DNA of 64,000 nucleotides from Candidatus Latescibacterota bacterium (GTDB taxonomy: Bacteria; Latescibacterota; UBA2968; GCA-2709665): assembly GCA_965203805.1 (NCBI GenBank), contig OZ241917.1, positions 768,001 to 832,000 on the forward strand, written 5' to 3'. The notes under the pieces are model-generated. The model was given only the letters and a program-made list of their open reading frames with translations. It was not told the origin of the DNA and ran no database searches. Below are positions 1 to 10,500 of this stretch, one piece after another. Position 1 is the first letter of the stretch; every line of letters starts with the position of its first letter. The position numbers were made by a program, and so were the translations under genes.

Positions 1-1
1 C

Positions 2-1594
2 GAAGTGTGGGTAACGGACGACGGCGGCGAAATCGACCTGGACCTCGGGAACTACGAGAGATTCCTGGGGCTCGATCTTCCGAGGACGAACAACCTGACC
101 ACGGGCCAGATCTACCATACCGTTATCGAGCGGGAACGCCGCGGAGAGTATCTGGGCAAGACCGTTCAGCCGATTCCACATATCACCGATGAGATCAAGC
201 AGCGAATTACCGATTCGGCGAACGGGTTCGACATCGCGCTGGTAGAAATCGGCGGCACCATTGGCGACGACGAGAATCGGCCCTTTTTGTTTGCAATGAA
301 AAGCCTGGAACGGGAGGTGGGCGAGGAAAACGTCATATACGTGCTGGTTACCTATCTTCCGGTGCCCGGTCACGTGGGCGAGATGAAAACCAAGCCCACT
401 CAGCATGCGATCCGGTCCTTGAGCGAAAACGGCATATTCGCGGACTTCATCATCTGCCGCGCGGTTGAAGCGCTCGACGACGTGAGGAAGCGAAAAATCG
501 AGATTTCGGCGAATATCTCGGCGGACCGGATTATCTCTGCACCCGACGTGGACAGCATCTACCAGGTTCCGCTGGAATATGAAAAGGACCGGCTGGGCGA
601 GAAAATCCTGGATGAGTTCGGCCTGTCTCCCAGGAAGACCCCGGACTGGGAGCGATGGTGTGAGTTGCTAAAGATGATTCGCGTACCGACGGAACGGGTG
701 CGCGTGGCGATGGTAGGCAAATATGTCGGGATAGGGGATTATGAATTTCAGGATTCCTATATCTCCGTCAACCAATCCCTCGAACACGCGGGCGCCCTGC
801 TTGACACCAAGGTGGAAATCGACTGGATAGATTCCAACCGCCTGGAACGTCACGATGTTGGCGAGGTGCTCGCCGGATATCACGGCATTATTGTGCCCGG
901 TGCGTTTGGAGAGGGTGGGGCCGAAGGCGCCATCAACGCCGTCCGTTACGCCAGGGAAAACCAGGTGCCCTTCCTGGGGCTTTGTTACGGCCTGCAGATG
1001 GTCGTGGTGGAATACGCGCGCCACGTGGCCGGATTGAACGACGCGAATTCCGTTGAAATGGATCCCGATTCGCCGCACGCAGTCATCGACATTCAATATG
1101 CGCAGCGGCAGATCATCGAAGAAAACCGATACGGCGGCACCATGAGGCTGGGAGGGTACGCGGCCGTATTGCGGCGGGAATCCCGGGTACTCGACCTTTA
1201 CGAGCGAACGGGAAGGCTGGAGGAGGATTCGTGGCGGATCCGGCAACTGTGCGAGCGCCCCGATCAGATGTTCCGGTGCGGCGTGATCCTCCCCAGCGAG
1301 AAAGCGGTGGTTGAGCGGCATCGGCACCGGTATGAAGTTGCGCCCAAATACGTGGACCTGCTTGAGGAATACGGGCTGTTCTTTTCGGGATTTCACCGCA
1401 GGGAGGACGGCACCAAGCTAATGGAGTTCGCGGAACTGCCCGATCATCCGTTTTTTGTATCAACCCAGGCGCATCCCGAGTTCAAGTCGCGTCTGGAACG
1501 CCCTGCGCCGCTGTTCTATGGACTGATCAACGCGTCCATCCGCTATTCCGGAACGGACCGGGAGGAGTCCGTGCAAATCGAGATCGAGACATGA
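2..1594 (+). CDS. pyrG: CTP synthase (5' end outside window)
   Basis: DLDLGNYERF, KTKPTQH, GLCYG (GATase Cys), RHRHRYE and HPEF motifs. Confidence 0.97.
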   Translation, partial: EVWVTDDGGEIDLDLGNYERFLGLDLPRTNNLTTGQIYHTVIERERRGEYLGKTVQPIPHITDEIKQRITDSANGFDIALVEIGGTIGDDENRPFLFAMKSLEREVGEENVIYVLVTYLPVPGHVGEMKTKPTQHAIRSLSENGIFADFIICRAVEALDDVRKRKIEISANISADRIISAPDVDSIYQVPLEYEKDRLGEKILDEFGLSPRKTPDWERWCELLKMIRVPTERVRVAMVGKYVGIGDYEFQDSYISVNQSLEHAGALLDTKVEIDWIDSNRLERHDVGEVLAGYHGIIVPGAFGEGGAEGAINAVRYARENQVPFLGLCYGLQMVVVEYARHVAGLNDANSVEMDPDSPHAVIDIQYAQRQIIEENRYGGTMRLGGYAAVLRRESRVLDLYERTGRLEEDSWRIRQLCERPDQMFRCGVILPSEKAVVERHRHRYEVAPKYVDLLEEYGLFFSGFHRREDGTKLMEFAELPDHPFFVSTQAHPEFKSRLERPAPLFYGLINASIRYSGTDREESVQIEIET

Positions 1595-2148
1595 AATCCG
1601 GCCGGATATCCCCGGTCCCAAACGGGATATGCCTGATTGTCGCTTTGATGGCGGGCTGTTCGCCGTCTTCCCGGCATTCATCTTCACACGAAATCTCCAA
1701 ACCGCCGGATCAGGAGGCCTGGGGATGGAACACGGTGGTCACCCGAAACGGCAGAAAGCGCGCCGAGGTGACGGCCGGTCATTTCCGGAAATACGATCGC
1801 ACTTCAATGGCCCTCCTCGACAGCGGGGTGGCGGTTTCCTTTTACGACGGGACCGGGCGGAACAGAGTGTCGGTATTGACCGCGCTGCAGGCGGAGATTC
1901 ACGAAGCGTCCGGTGAATTGGTGGCCATGGGCGAGGTCGACGTCGTCGCCAGCAATGGAACCAGGCTGGAAACCGATACGCTGCGCTGGAACCGTGAAAC
2001 GGATCGCATCAACGGACACGGGAGGATGACCCTCAGGCGTCCTGACGGAGAAGAGACCGGGATTGGATTCGAGGCGTCATCCGATCTGACATGGTGGAAA
2101 ATGCACCAGGTCTCTACGCGCCTGGGCGGGTCAGATTCCCTCCGGTAA
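1591..2148 (+). CDS. lptC: LPS export periplasmic protein LptC (lipoprotein-like N-terminus)
   Basis: Hydrophobic N-terminus ending MAGC; LETDTLRWN and TGIGFEA beta-jellyroll motifs; upstream of lptA/lptB; ATGA overlap with pyrG. Confidence 0.8.
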   Translation: MKSGRISPVPNGICLIVALMAGCSPSSRHSSSHEISKPPDQEAWGWNTVVTRNGRKRAEVTAGHFRKYDRTSMALLDSGVAVSFYDGTGRNRVSVLTALQAEIHEASGELVAMGEVDVVASNGTRLETDTLRWNRETDRINGHGRMTLRRPDGEETGIGFEASSDLTWWKMHQVSTRLGGSDSLR

Positions 2149-2190
2149 CTGCTCGTCCGTCCGCTCATCGTCCCCTTCCCCTCCTTCTCT

Positions 2191-3516
2191 ATGCGCTTCT
2201 CCGTTTATTTTTTTTTTCATTTCCTCGCCACGGCCTTCCCTGCACACGCGACAGAGCTGATTCGTGCCGATCGCAGTGAAACCATACTGCGTGATTCCGG
2301 TGTTTTGCGGATTGAAGCGGGCAACGTGTCGTATCGGCAAACGGAACGGCTGCTCAGCGTCAATGCAGATTCCGCACGTCTGTGGATTCCTGACAAGGGG
2401 TTGTCGGAAGCGAAATTTTTCGGTCGGGTCGTTTACCGGGATTCAGTGAGACAACTGGACGCCGCCAACCTGACGTACCTTCCCCGCACGGACGTGGCAA
2501 CCTTTTCGGGTAAGGTGAGGGTCACCGAAAACAACCGCCTCCTGACGGCACGGCGGGTGGCATACCACAAGAGTGAGCATCGGATGGATGCCGAGGGCGG
2601 GGTGACGTTGAATTACGGCCGGCAGGGGATTCTTCTGCGCGCACCGGAAATGACGTATCACGTGTTGGCGGATTCGGGCTCCGGCATAGGCGGCGTTCAA
2701 GCCGTATGTACACCGGATACATCGGGCGATTCCCTGACCGTTCGGGCGGATTCGATGGTTTTCGCCAACCAGGGTGACCGCATCGAGTTTCGGGGCCGGG
2801 TTGGAGTGGAACACGCCGGAATGGTGGCGTTTGCGCCGCGCGGCCGCTATTTCAGAGCGTCGGACCGGCTGGAACTGGACGGAGGGACATCCGCTGTCTG
2901 GATTCAGCATAGTGAAGCTCGGGCCGATTCCGCGACATTGAACGGCGAGCGGATGCACGTTCACGGCGCCGGCGGGAATACGCTGGATGAAATAGTACTG
3001 GTTGGCGACTCGCGGCTGCGGATGGAATCCGCACAGCCGGAGCGTGACGGAACGCAAACGGTTAACGGAGACTCGGTTGTGCTGGGCATGGATGGGGGAA
3101 GGATCGCCGTCATCGATGCATCAGGCGAGGCGTCGGCGATGGTGACGGCGCGAAATGGCGCCACCGTGGACCTTAAGGGTCAACAGATTTCCATGGACTT
3201 TCTGAATGGGGTTCTCGACAGCCTGACGGTTCAGGGGATCGGCAACGGGATCTACGTCTCATCTGACAGCACGACCGTAAGTCGGATTTCCGGCGGCACG
3301 ATCGCTTTCGGATTCGACCAGGGCGCCGTACGAAAAGTCGCGATCATTGAATCCGCCCGATGTACGCACCGTTCGGAAACCGATAAAACCGGAGACATCC
3401 AGCTCTCGGGAGATCGGGTGAACCTGGTCTTCGACGGCGACAGGCTAACCGATGTTCGAGCCGAAGGCGGGGTTCGAGGCCGATACAGGCCGGTTGAAGC
3501 CGGAGAGGCGCCGTGA
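2191..3516 (+). CDS. Extended LptA/OstA-like beta-jellyroll protein
   Basis: Signal peptide (AFPAHA); repeated OstA-type strands ([26 protein letters not shown]); lies between lptC and lptB. Confidence 0.75.
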   Translation: MRFSVYFFFHFLATAFPAHATELIRADRSETILRDSGVLRIEAGNVSYRQTERLLSVNADSARLWIPDKGLSEAKFFGRVVYRDSVRQLDAANLTYLPRTDVATFSGKVRVTENNRLLTARRVAYHKSEHRMDAEGGVTLNYGRQGILLRAPEMTYHVLADSGSGIGGVQAVCTPDTSGDSLTVRADSMVFANQGDRIEFRGRVGVEHAGMVAFAPRGRYFRASDRLELDGGTSAVWIQHSEARADSATLNGERMHVHGAGGNTLDEIVLVGDSRLRMESAQPERDGTQTVNGDSVVLGMDGGRIAVIDASGEASAMVTARNGATVDLKGQQISMDFLNGVLDSLTVQGIGNGIYVSSDSTTVSRISGGTIAFGFDQGAVRKVAIIESARCTHRSETDKTGDIQLSGDRVNLVFDGDRLTDVRAEGGVRGRYRPVEAGEAP

Positions 3517-4235
3517 TCCTTAGCGCTCGAAACCTTGTGAAGTCATACCAGCGCCATCGGGTTGTCGATGGCGTCGGCGTCGAGGTGAATCCCGGAGAGG
3601 TCGTGGGTCTTCTGGGCCCGAACGGGGCCGGGAAAACCACCACTTTTCACCTGATTGTGGGTCTGGTACCGTGCAACCAGGGGGAGATCTTCCTCGGCAA
3701 CGAGGAAATAACCGGCCTGCCGATGTACATACGGGCGCGAAAGGGCATCGGTTATCTCGCCCAGGAACCCTCTGTCTTCCGAAAACTCTCCGTGAGGCAG
3801 AACATCCTCGCGGTGCTGGAAACACTTCACCTGACGCACGCAGAACGGGAATGCCGCCTCGAAGAACTCCTTCACGAACTGGGACTCTCCAGTCTCGCGG
3901 ATCGCAGGGCGGACCGGCTCTCGGGCGGCGAAGCCCGCAGACTGGAGATTACCCGCGCTCTCGCCCGGCGTCCCAGATTCCTGCTGCTGGATGAACCGTT
4001 CGCCGGTATCGATCCGAAGGCGGTCGAAGATATCCACGCAATCATCCAGACGCTGAAAAGCCGGCGCATCGGACTTCTGATCACCGATCACAATGTGCGC
4101 GAAACCCTTGCAATCACCGACAGGTCCTATATACTCTCCAGCGGCAGGATTCTTACCTCCGGCAGCCCGGTCGCATTGGCGGAGAACCCGGAGGTACGGC
4201 GCGTATACCTCGGGGACAGGTTTCGATTGGACTGA
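3513..4235 (+). CDS. lptB: LPS export ABC ATPase LptB
   Basis: [53 protein letters not shown]. Confidence 0.96.
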   Translation: MILSARNLVKSYQRHRVVDGVGVEVNPGEVVGLLGPNGAGKTTTFHLIVGLVPCNQGEIFLGNEEITGLPMYIRARKGIGYLAQEPSVFRKLSVRQNILAVLETLHLTHAERECRLEELLHELGLSSLADRRADRLSGGEARRLEITRALARRPRFLLLDEPFAGIDPKAVEDIHAIIQTLKSRRIGLLITDHNVRETLAITDRSYILSSGRILTSGSPVALAENPEVRRVYLGDRFRLD

Positions 4236-4411
4236 CCGAAAAATGGGATTGTCAGGAGATCAGATTTTCCTTATTATTTGGTCACGCAACCAACGGGCGT
4301 CGGATTGAATATCGAACAGGCAAACCGGCACGGCCAGGCGAGTGTTGCAATTTGCAACACTTTGATAATACAGATCTTAAACGACTTTTCATCAGGGATC
4401 CTGAGATACCT

Positions 4412-5881
4412 ATGATTCAACTGACCCAGACCGTTTCTCTCCAACAGAAGCTGGCGCCCCAACTCATTCAATCCTTGCGGCTTCTGCAGATGCCCTCGCT
4501 GGAATTGGAACAATTGATTCAGCAGGAACTGCAGACGAATCCGCTTCTGGAAATCTCCGAAGAGACCGGTCGCGACGACGAGGAATGGGACCTGGAGTCG
4601 GGTCGTTCGGATGCGGAAGACATCGACACCGGCAGAAAGGACCCGGACGACGGAGACCCCCCGGAGCTGGAATTCGGCGACGCGGCAATGGCCGACGGCC
4701 GGTTCGATGAAAACCAGTGGAACGAACTCCTGAACGACGCCGGATATACCGCGCCCCGACAGGAGTTCGACCCCAATACCGAAGATTGGGAGTACGACGG
4801 CGCGGGGCAGCAGTCATTGGAAGCGGAACTGCGAGCCCAGCTCTCCCTTACCGACCTGGACGATGAAGAACGACAGATCGGCGAGTACATCATCGGCAAT
4901 ATCGACGAAGATGGATTTCTGCAGGCACAAGTCGGGGACGTTGCCAACGTGCTCGGCGAAGAGCCGGGGACCGTGGTACGGATTCTGGATGTAATACAGA
5001 GCTTCGATCCACCTGGGGTTGGTGCACGGAATCTCCAGGAATGCCTGGCGATCCAGCTCCGCGAGCAGGGACTGGAGGATTCGCTCGCGATGCGGATCGT
5101 GTGCGACCTCTGGGACGACCTGGTCAACCGCCGATACATGAAGATAGGCAGGTCACTTGGGGCGGACCGGGCGGCAATTGCCCACGCCGAAGGCGTGATC
5201 TCCGGCCTGAATCCCAAGCCGATGATCTACAGGGAAGGCCGTATCAATCACAATCTGGTTGTACCCGACCTCGAGGTTCAGAAGGTCGGCGACGAGTATG
5301 TGGTGTCTCTGATCGACCGCTCTCTGCCCACCCTGCGGGTCAGCCCGGTATACAGGACACTGTTGAGCAAGTCGGGCAAACCGGGGAGCCAGGCCAGGAA
5401 ATTCGTGGTGGATCGCCTGAATTCGGCCCGCTGGTTCATCAGCGCCATCAACCAGCGCCGTACCACCATGCTCAAGGTGATGCGGTGCATTGTCGACAAC
5501 CAACGCGCATTCTTCGACAAGGGCGTCGGATTCCTTAAGCCCATGGTCCTGCAGGAGGTTGCCGACCGGGTCGACATGCACGTTTCGACGATCAGCCGCG
5601 TCAGCAACGGGAAATACGTACAGACGCCACACGGTGTATTCGAATTGAAGTACTTTTTCGACGGCGGGTTGTCGCGCAACAACGGCGAAGACATTGCCGC
5701 GCGCAGCGTAAAACAGAAGATTGCCAGGTTTATTGCTGAGGAGAACACCAGCAGGCCCTTGAGCGATCAGAAAATCGCCAACCTGCTCAAGGACGACGGT
5801 ATCGCTATTGCCCGCCGCACTGTTGCCAAGTACAGAGATCAGCTGAAGATCAATCCGGCCAGGTACAGAAAGTCTATCTGA
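4412..5881 (+). CDS. rpoN: RNA polymerase sigma-54 factor
   Basis: Gln/Leu-rich region I (LQQKLAPQLIQSLRLLQM), HVSTISR helix-turn-helix, RpoN box ARRTVAKYR; start set at ATG 4412. Confidence 0.97.
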   Translation: MIQLTQTVSLQQKLAPQLIQSLRLLQMPSLELEQLIQQELQTNPLLEISEETGRDDEEWDLESGRSDAEDIDTGRKDPDDGDPPELEFGDAAMADGRFDENQWNELLNDAGYTAPRQEFDPNTEDWEYDGAGQQSLEAELRAQLSLTDLDDEERQIGEYIIGNIDEDGFLQAQVGDVANVLGEEPGTVVRILDVIQSFDPPGVGARNLQECLAIQLREQGLEDSLAMRIVCDLWDDLVNRRYMKIGRSLGADRAAIAHAEGVISGLNPKPMIYREGRINHNLVVPDLEVQKVGDEYVVSLIDRSLPTLRVSPVYRTLLSKSGKPGSQARKFVVDRLNSARWFISAINQRRTTMLKVMRCIVDNQRAFFDKGVGFLKPMVLQEVADRVDMHVSTISRVSNGKYVQTPHGVFELKYFFDGGLSRNNGEDIAARSVKQKIARFIAEENTSRPLSDQKIANLLKDDGIAIARRTVAKYRDQLKINPARYRKSI

Positions 5882-5908
5882 AAACGGGAAGGCAGCCAGC
5901 ACCGGAAT

Positions 5909-5970
5909 AAGAAAACCGGCGGTTCCTGGAGCGCATGCGGATAGTCGCTCCGGTCCCGCCGGTTTTTTTT
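5909..5970. terminator. Long hairpin, probably a bidirectional intrinsic terminator
   Basis: aaaaccggcgg...ggagcg / cgctcc...ccgccggtttttttt between convergent rpoN and the minus-strand gene ending at 6010. Confidence 0.75.
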
Positions 5971-6009
5971 CTGTGTACGGCTTGTCAACGCCGCCCGGAG
6001 TTACGGCAT

Positions 6010-6795
6010 TTAACCGCCGGATTGAACGGCGCTGATTTCGTCCTTTGAAATCTTGTGGACGCTCTTGGGATTGAAGGTCTGCCGTGTTCCCGTCCGAAGC
6101 GCAACTTCGATTCTTCCTCCTGTCAAAACGAAAAACTGGAGCAGGAACCCACCGCCCTGCATCGACTCGACCTGGCATTCGTCAGAGTCCATGCTGCGAA
6201 CCCATTCAGGAAGCCGCGCCGCGAATCGGGCATCGGCGCAAACGGTTTCCGGCAGTGCCATGACCAGCGCACCGGGTGACTGGCCGAGGGCCTCACCGAT
6301 GGTCCTTCGGATCCGTGCCAGATAGGGAATCACCTTCCCCGCATAATCGAAATCGTCTTCCGCGCCGCGCCCGGGCGGAACGATGCCCCACGTCATATGG
6401 TGGATGAAAGGATTGCCGTGACCCTGGGCGAGCATGTGGTCACGGGCCGCCTCATCCACGGGATGAACGACCGCGACGTAGTCAAACCAGCCCATTCCAC
6501 GGGCGGGGCTGTCCTCGGGGAGTCCCGACGGCACGTTTATGTAGTCGTGCCCGTCCACCGGCGACGGATAGCAACGGGTGTCCCAGCCGGAAACATAACC
6601 GATACGCTTCAAACGGCCGGCAACGAGGTGCGGGGGATCGACGAATATGGCCGCGTGGTCAGGATTCGGCAACAACGGGACGCCGGCGGCTGAGATTTTT
6701 CGAGCGACATCGAGGGCCTCACACAGCCGCTCCGGCGCATTGGAGATACCGAGTTGCTCGTTGAAATCGTCAGGCAGGATCACGTCACCGGGCAT
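6010..6795 (-). CDS. Hypothetical protein, possibly a VOC-superfamily (HPPD/DUF1338-like) metalloenzyme
   Basis: AAGGAG RBS before ATG 6795; motifs PDHAAIF, FIHHMTW, FLLQFF...IEVALR; the longer ORF to 7137 runs through a repeat element. Confidence 0.6.
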   Translation of the reverse strand: MPGDVILPDDFNEQLGISNAPERLCEALDVARKISAAGVPLLPNPDHAAIFVDPPHLVAGRLKRIGYVSGWDTRCYPSPVDGHDYINVPSGLPEDSPARGMGWFDYVAVVHPVDEAARDHMLAQGHGNPFIHHMTWGIVPPGRGAEDDFDYAGKVIPYLARIRRTIGEALGQSPGALVMALPETVCADARFAARLPEWVRSMDSDECQVESMQGGGFLLQFFVLTGGRIEVALRTGTRQTFNPKSVHKISKDEISAVQSGG

Positions 6796-6807
6796 CTTTC
6801 TCTCCTT

Positions 6808-6865
6808 TAGTGTTCTGTCCCGAAAATAAGTTGCCTGAATTCGGCCGTCGAGTCGCCCGGCCCGC
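6808..6865 (-). mobile_element. One end of the IS630-related MITE seen at 28567-28730
   Basis: tagtgttctgtcccgaaaataagttgcctgaattcggccgtcgagtcgcccggcccgc closely matches the reverse complement of 28672-28729. Confidence 0.8.
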
Positions 6866-7070
6866 ATCCTTCGACAGGCTCCGGACCCAGCGTCTGCCTG
6901 CCGCCTGCCTGCGCCGCTACGCTTCCCGCGGCAGGCAGGTGCTTCGCTTGGCCTGTCTGCCGTTCCAACGGGACAGGCAGGCGCAGGCAGGCAACGCCGT
7001 ATTTCGGTCACGAGGGCCGGACGCAGCCCGGATGCATTCTTTCGACGGGCCGTTTGCGAAGGGACGGCCG
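6866..7070. repeat. Nested palindromic REP-like region
   Basis: gcctgcctgcgcc / ggcgcaggcaggc outer stem; gcctgtctgccgtt / aacgggacaggc inner stem; repeated ggcag/ctgcc units. Confidence 0.6.
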
Positions 7071-7461
7071 CGATCATCCAGGAGTTGCCGATCAAGGAAA
7101 ACAGACGACGGGCTTTGACAGGAAACACGGGCGCCACCGGCGTGTAAAATTGCCTGATGCCGGCGCGGTGTCAAGCGGATTCCGGTTTGGGGAGGCGAAA
7201 GGGCATCGATCTGACGGCAGTCATTCGCGCATCGGACGCATCTGCGCGAAGATCCGTTGAACCAATAATTGGTACACGGGGCGGCAGCCTCGCGGAAACA
7301 CCTCCACGACCGTGAAACCGGTCGTGTTTTTTTGGTTCGCAGGCAAGTTTTCAAATTCGGGATCCATTCTGAAAACTCTATTCAAACCAAAACGGAATGC
7401 GTCCGCGGTTCTCCGATTGCAACCCTTTGATAAATTTTCATTTACGTTCGGTCATTAAAAC

Positions 7462-7477
7462 TGGCACAGTGATTGCA
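7462..7477 (+). promoter_or_regulatory. Sigma54 -24/-12 promoter
   Basis: TGGCAC-agtga-TTGCA, consensus sequence and spacing, about 43 bp upstream of the GTG at 7520. Confidence 0.85.
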
Positions 7478-7519
7478 ACCCACTGATTTGCGTGTCGGTA
7501 CGTACGGAAGGAGAATCGC

Positions 7520-10500
7520 GTGAAACAGGTCTTTTTTCTCATTGTCGTGTTTCAGTTCCTGGGACAGAGCGCGTTGCGGGCCGGGATAATCGCGACGCCG
7601 GATACGCTTCGCTTCGGCCCAACGCGCACGGGGACTTCCGTCATGGACAGTGTCGTTGTGGTGAACAGAGGGCAGGCCGACCTGGCATTTTCCTCCGTGG
7701 ACATTGACGGGACTGCCTTCCACTTGCCGGACGGTCTCCATTACGACGAAGGCGTAACGCTGCCGCCCGAACAAGGCATTGGCGTGAAGGTCCGGTTTGC
7801 ACCAGAGGACCAGGCTGACTATTCCTCAACTCTGACCATCGGGATCGGCAGCGGCGTCCTGAGTATAACCCTGGAGGGCGAAGGCGTTCGCGAAGTCGTT
7901 GTTATTCAGGAGGTTCTTGCCGACCCCCCGGCAGACGCGGACGGTGACGCCAACAGGGACGGGACTCGCCACTCCGCTCAGGACGAATTCGTGGAACTGC
8001 TCAACATCGGATTCAGGACGGTCGAGTTGAGTGGATGGCAACTGACCGACGCGGGGACTGCGCCGGCGTCGAGGTTTACGTTTCCGGATAACACCGAGTT
8101 GGGACCCGGCGAGCGTGTGGTGTTGTTCGGGGGTGGCTCACCCACGGGTTTTTCGGGATCCGTGTTCGCGGATGACGGATCGATTGGCGGCGGTCTGAGA
8201 AACGGGGGCGACTCGGTTTTCCTGATCGATCCAACGGCGCCGGATACCATTGCGTCCGCGGCCTATGGTTCCGAAGGAAACAAGAATCAATCGCTGGTGC
8301 GCCAACCGGAAGGAAGGGGTCCATTTGTTCTCCATAGTGCATTTCCCGGTGACGGCGCATTGTTCTCGCCGGGCCGGGCGCGATCGGTCACTGAGCCGGC
8401 GGAAGTCGCACCCGGCGATACCTCCGCGGCCCCCATCGGCAAAGACACCGGGCAAGCGCCTGTTCCATCCGGAAGCGCGGGGGCGCGCGTTGTGATTGAT
8501 GAAATCCTGGCGGACCCGGCTGCCGGTCCGCCGGGCGACGCCAACCGGGACGGTGTCAGAGACGGCAAGGCGGACGAGTTTGTGGAAATCTGGAATGTTG
8601 ACTCGAAGCCGGTGACAATAGGCGGCTGGTGGCTAAGCGACGACGACGTGGGGACCAACGGGCGGTTTTATTTTCCCGAAGGCCTGGTACTTGAACCTGG
8701 AATGCGCGCGGTATTGTTTGGCGGCGGAAATCCGCGAGATCTGCCCGGTCCCGTATTTGTGGACGACGGCAGCATTGGAAACGGGTTAACCAATAAAGGA
8801 GATCTGGTGCTGTTGGTCGATCCGGTCTCCGATGATACGGTGGCAGTTGCCCGGTTCCAGGTAGCAGGAGACCTGAACCGATCCGTAGTAAGATTCGCGG
8901 AGGGGGTTTACGTTCCACATCCCGACCTGCCGGGTGGCGGGGGCATTTCGCCCGGTCTGCCGCACCCGAGACCCGCGCCTCCGGGTGGATCCGAACGATC
9001 TCTCCGACCCGAGTTTCTGGATGCACCGCCATCCTGGTGTCGGGTTGGCGCCCTCTGTCGGTTCGCGCCCAGAATCCGCAATCTGAACGGCGGATTTGTG
9101 CATCTGGAAACCCGCGCGCAGGGCGTTGTGTGGGATCGATTCACGGGTGAGATACGATGGCGGCCGGATAAGGAAGGGCGTTTTCGTTTCTGGCAGACCG
9201 CGGTCAGTGGCTCGGGGGCGAAGACCGTCAGGCAGTTTGACGTGCGGGTCGAACCCCGGCCGCAGATTGCAATTGTCGAAATTCTGGCCGACCCTCCGCC
9301 GGGTCCGGCCGGAGACGTGAATCGGGACGGGACCCGGGACAGCCAGGCGGATGAATTCGTGGAGATCCAGAATAGAGGGCCGGCTCCGGTCTGGATTACA
9401 GACTGGCGGCTGAGCGACGACGATGTCTCGTCACGCCGGCAATTCAGGTTTCCAGAATTCTCGAGACTTCATCCTGGCGAACGCGCCGTCCTGTTCGGGG
9501 GAGGTCGACCTGAAGGATTCGAGGGCCAGGTTTTCGTGGACGACGGCAGTATCGGCAACGGATTGACCAACACGGCGGACGTGATCCTGCTGATAGATCC
9601 CGTGTTGAACGATACACTCGCCAGGGCAACCTATAACACTGAAGATGATATTGACCAGTCTCTGGTGTGGGACGGGGACGGCTGGGTCCCCCACCGGACA
9701 CCTCCGGGAAAAGGGGCTTATTCACCGGGATTGCCGTCTGAATCGGGGATGGTGTTCGCGGAAAACGACGAAAACCGGCAAACCGGCGGAACAGACAGCG
9801 ACGGTGCAGGGCCGAATGCCGGAGACGCAGGACCTGACGATCCGTCGGGGCCGGCAGCGGTTATCATCAGCGAAATACTCGCGAACCCCGCCTCCGGTAC
9901 CGGCGGCGACGCCAACGCCGATGGAGAACGTCACGGATATCGGGATGAATTCGTCGAACTGTGGAACCCGGGGCCCGACACAGCCCGCCTCGAAGGATGC
10001 AGGCTTGGGGACGACGATACCCCGTGGAACCGTATGTTTGGATTTCCCGCTGGTACGATGCTTCCGCCGGAAGGGTTCCTGGTTCTCTTTGGCGGTGGAA
10101 CGCTCAAGAATTTCACGGGGGCCGCATTTGCGGATGACGGTCGGATCGGCGACGGCCTCTCGAATTCGGGCGATACCGTCTTCTTTCTGTCACCCGACGG
10201 CGAGGACACGCTGGACGCGGTCAGCTTTGGGAGCGCTCCCTCCGGAACCTCGCTGGTGCGCCACGAGGATGCCACGCTCCATCGTCACGATCTTCTGCCG
10301 TACACCGGATTGATCTCGCCGGGCCGAGCTGCCCCGTTGCTGGTCGCCATTCGCGTCGTGCCTGACACGATTGGCATGGAACCCGGGTCCGTCCGCACCG
10401 TCGCCGCGAACGGATTATTCGATTCAGAAGACCTGGTGGATGTAACGGACGAACTGACCTGGATCGTGGAGGACTCCACCGTAGCCCGACTTGAATCCGG

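Noticed and set aside
4320-4350. Sigma54 site upstream of rpoN (ggcac...ttgc)
   Set aside because: The GG-to-GC spacing is too long for a -24/-12 promoter.
6796-7137. N-terminal extension of the 6010 gene
   Set aside because: It runs through repeat DNA, and a good RBS precedes ATG 6795.
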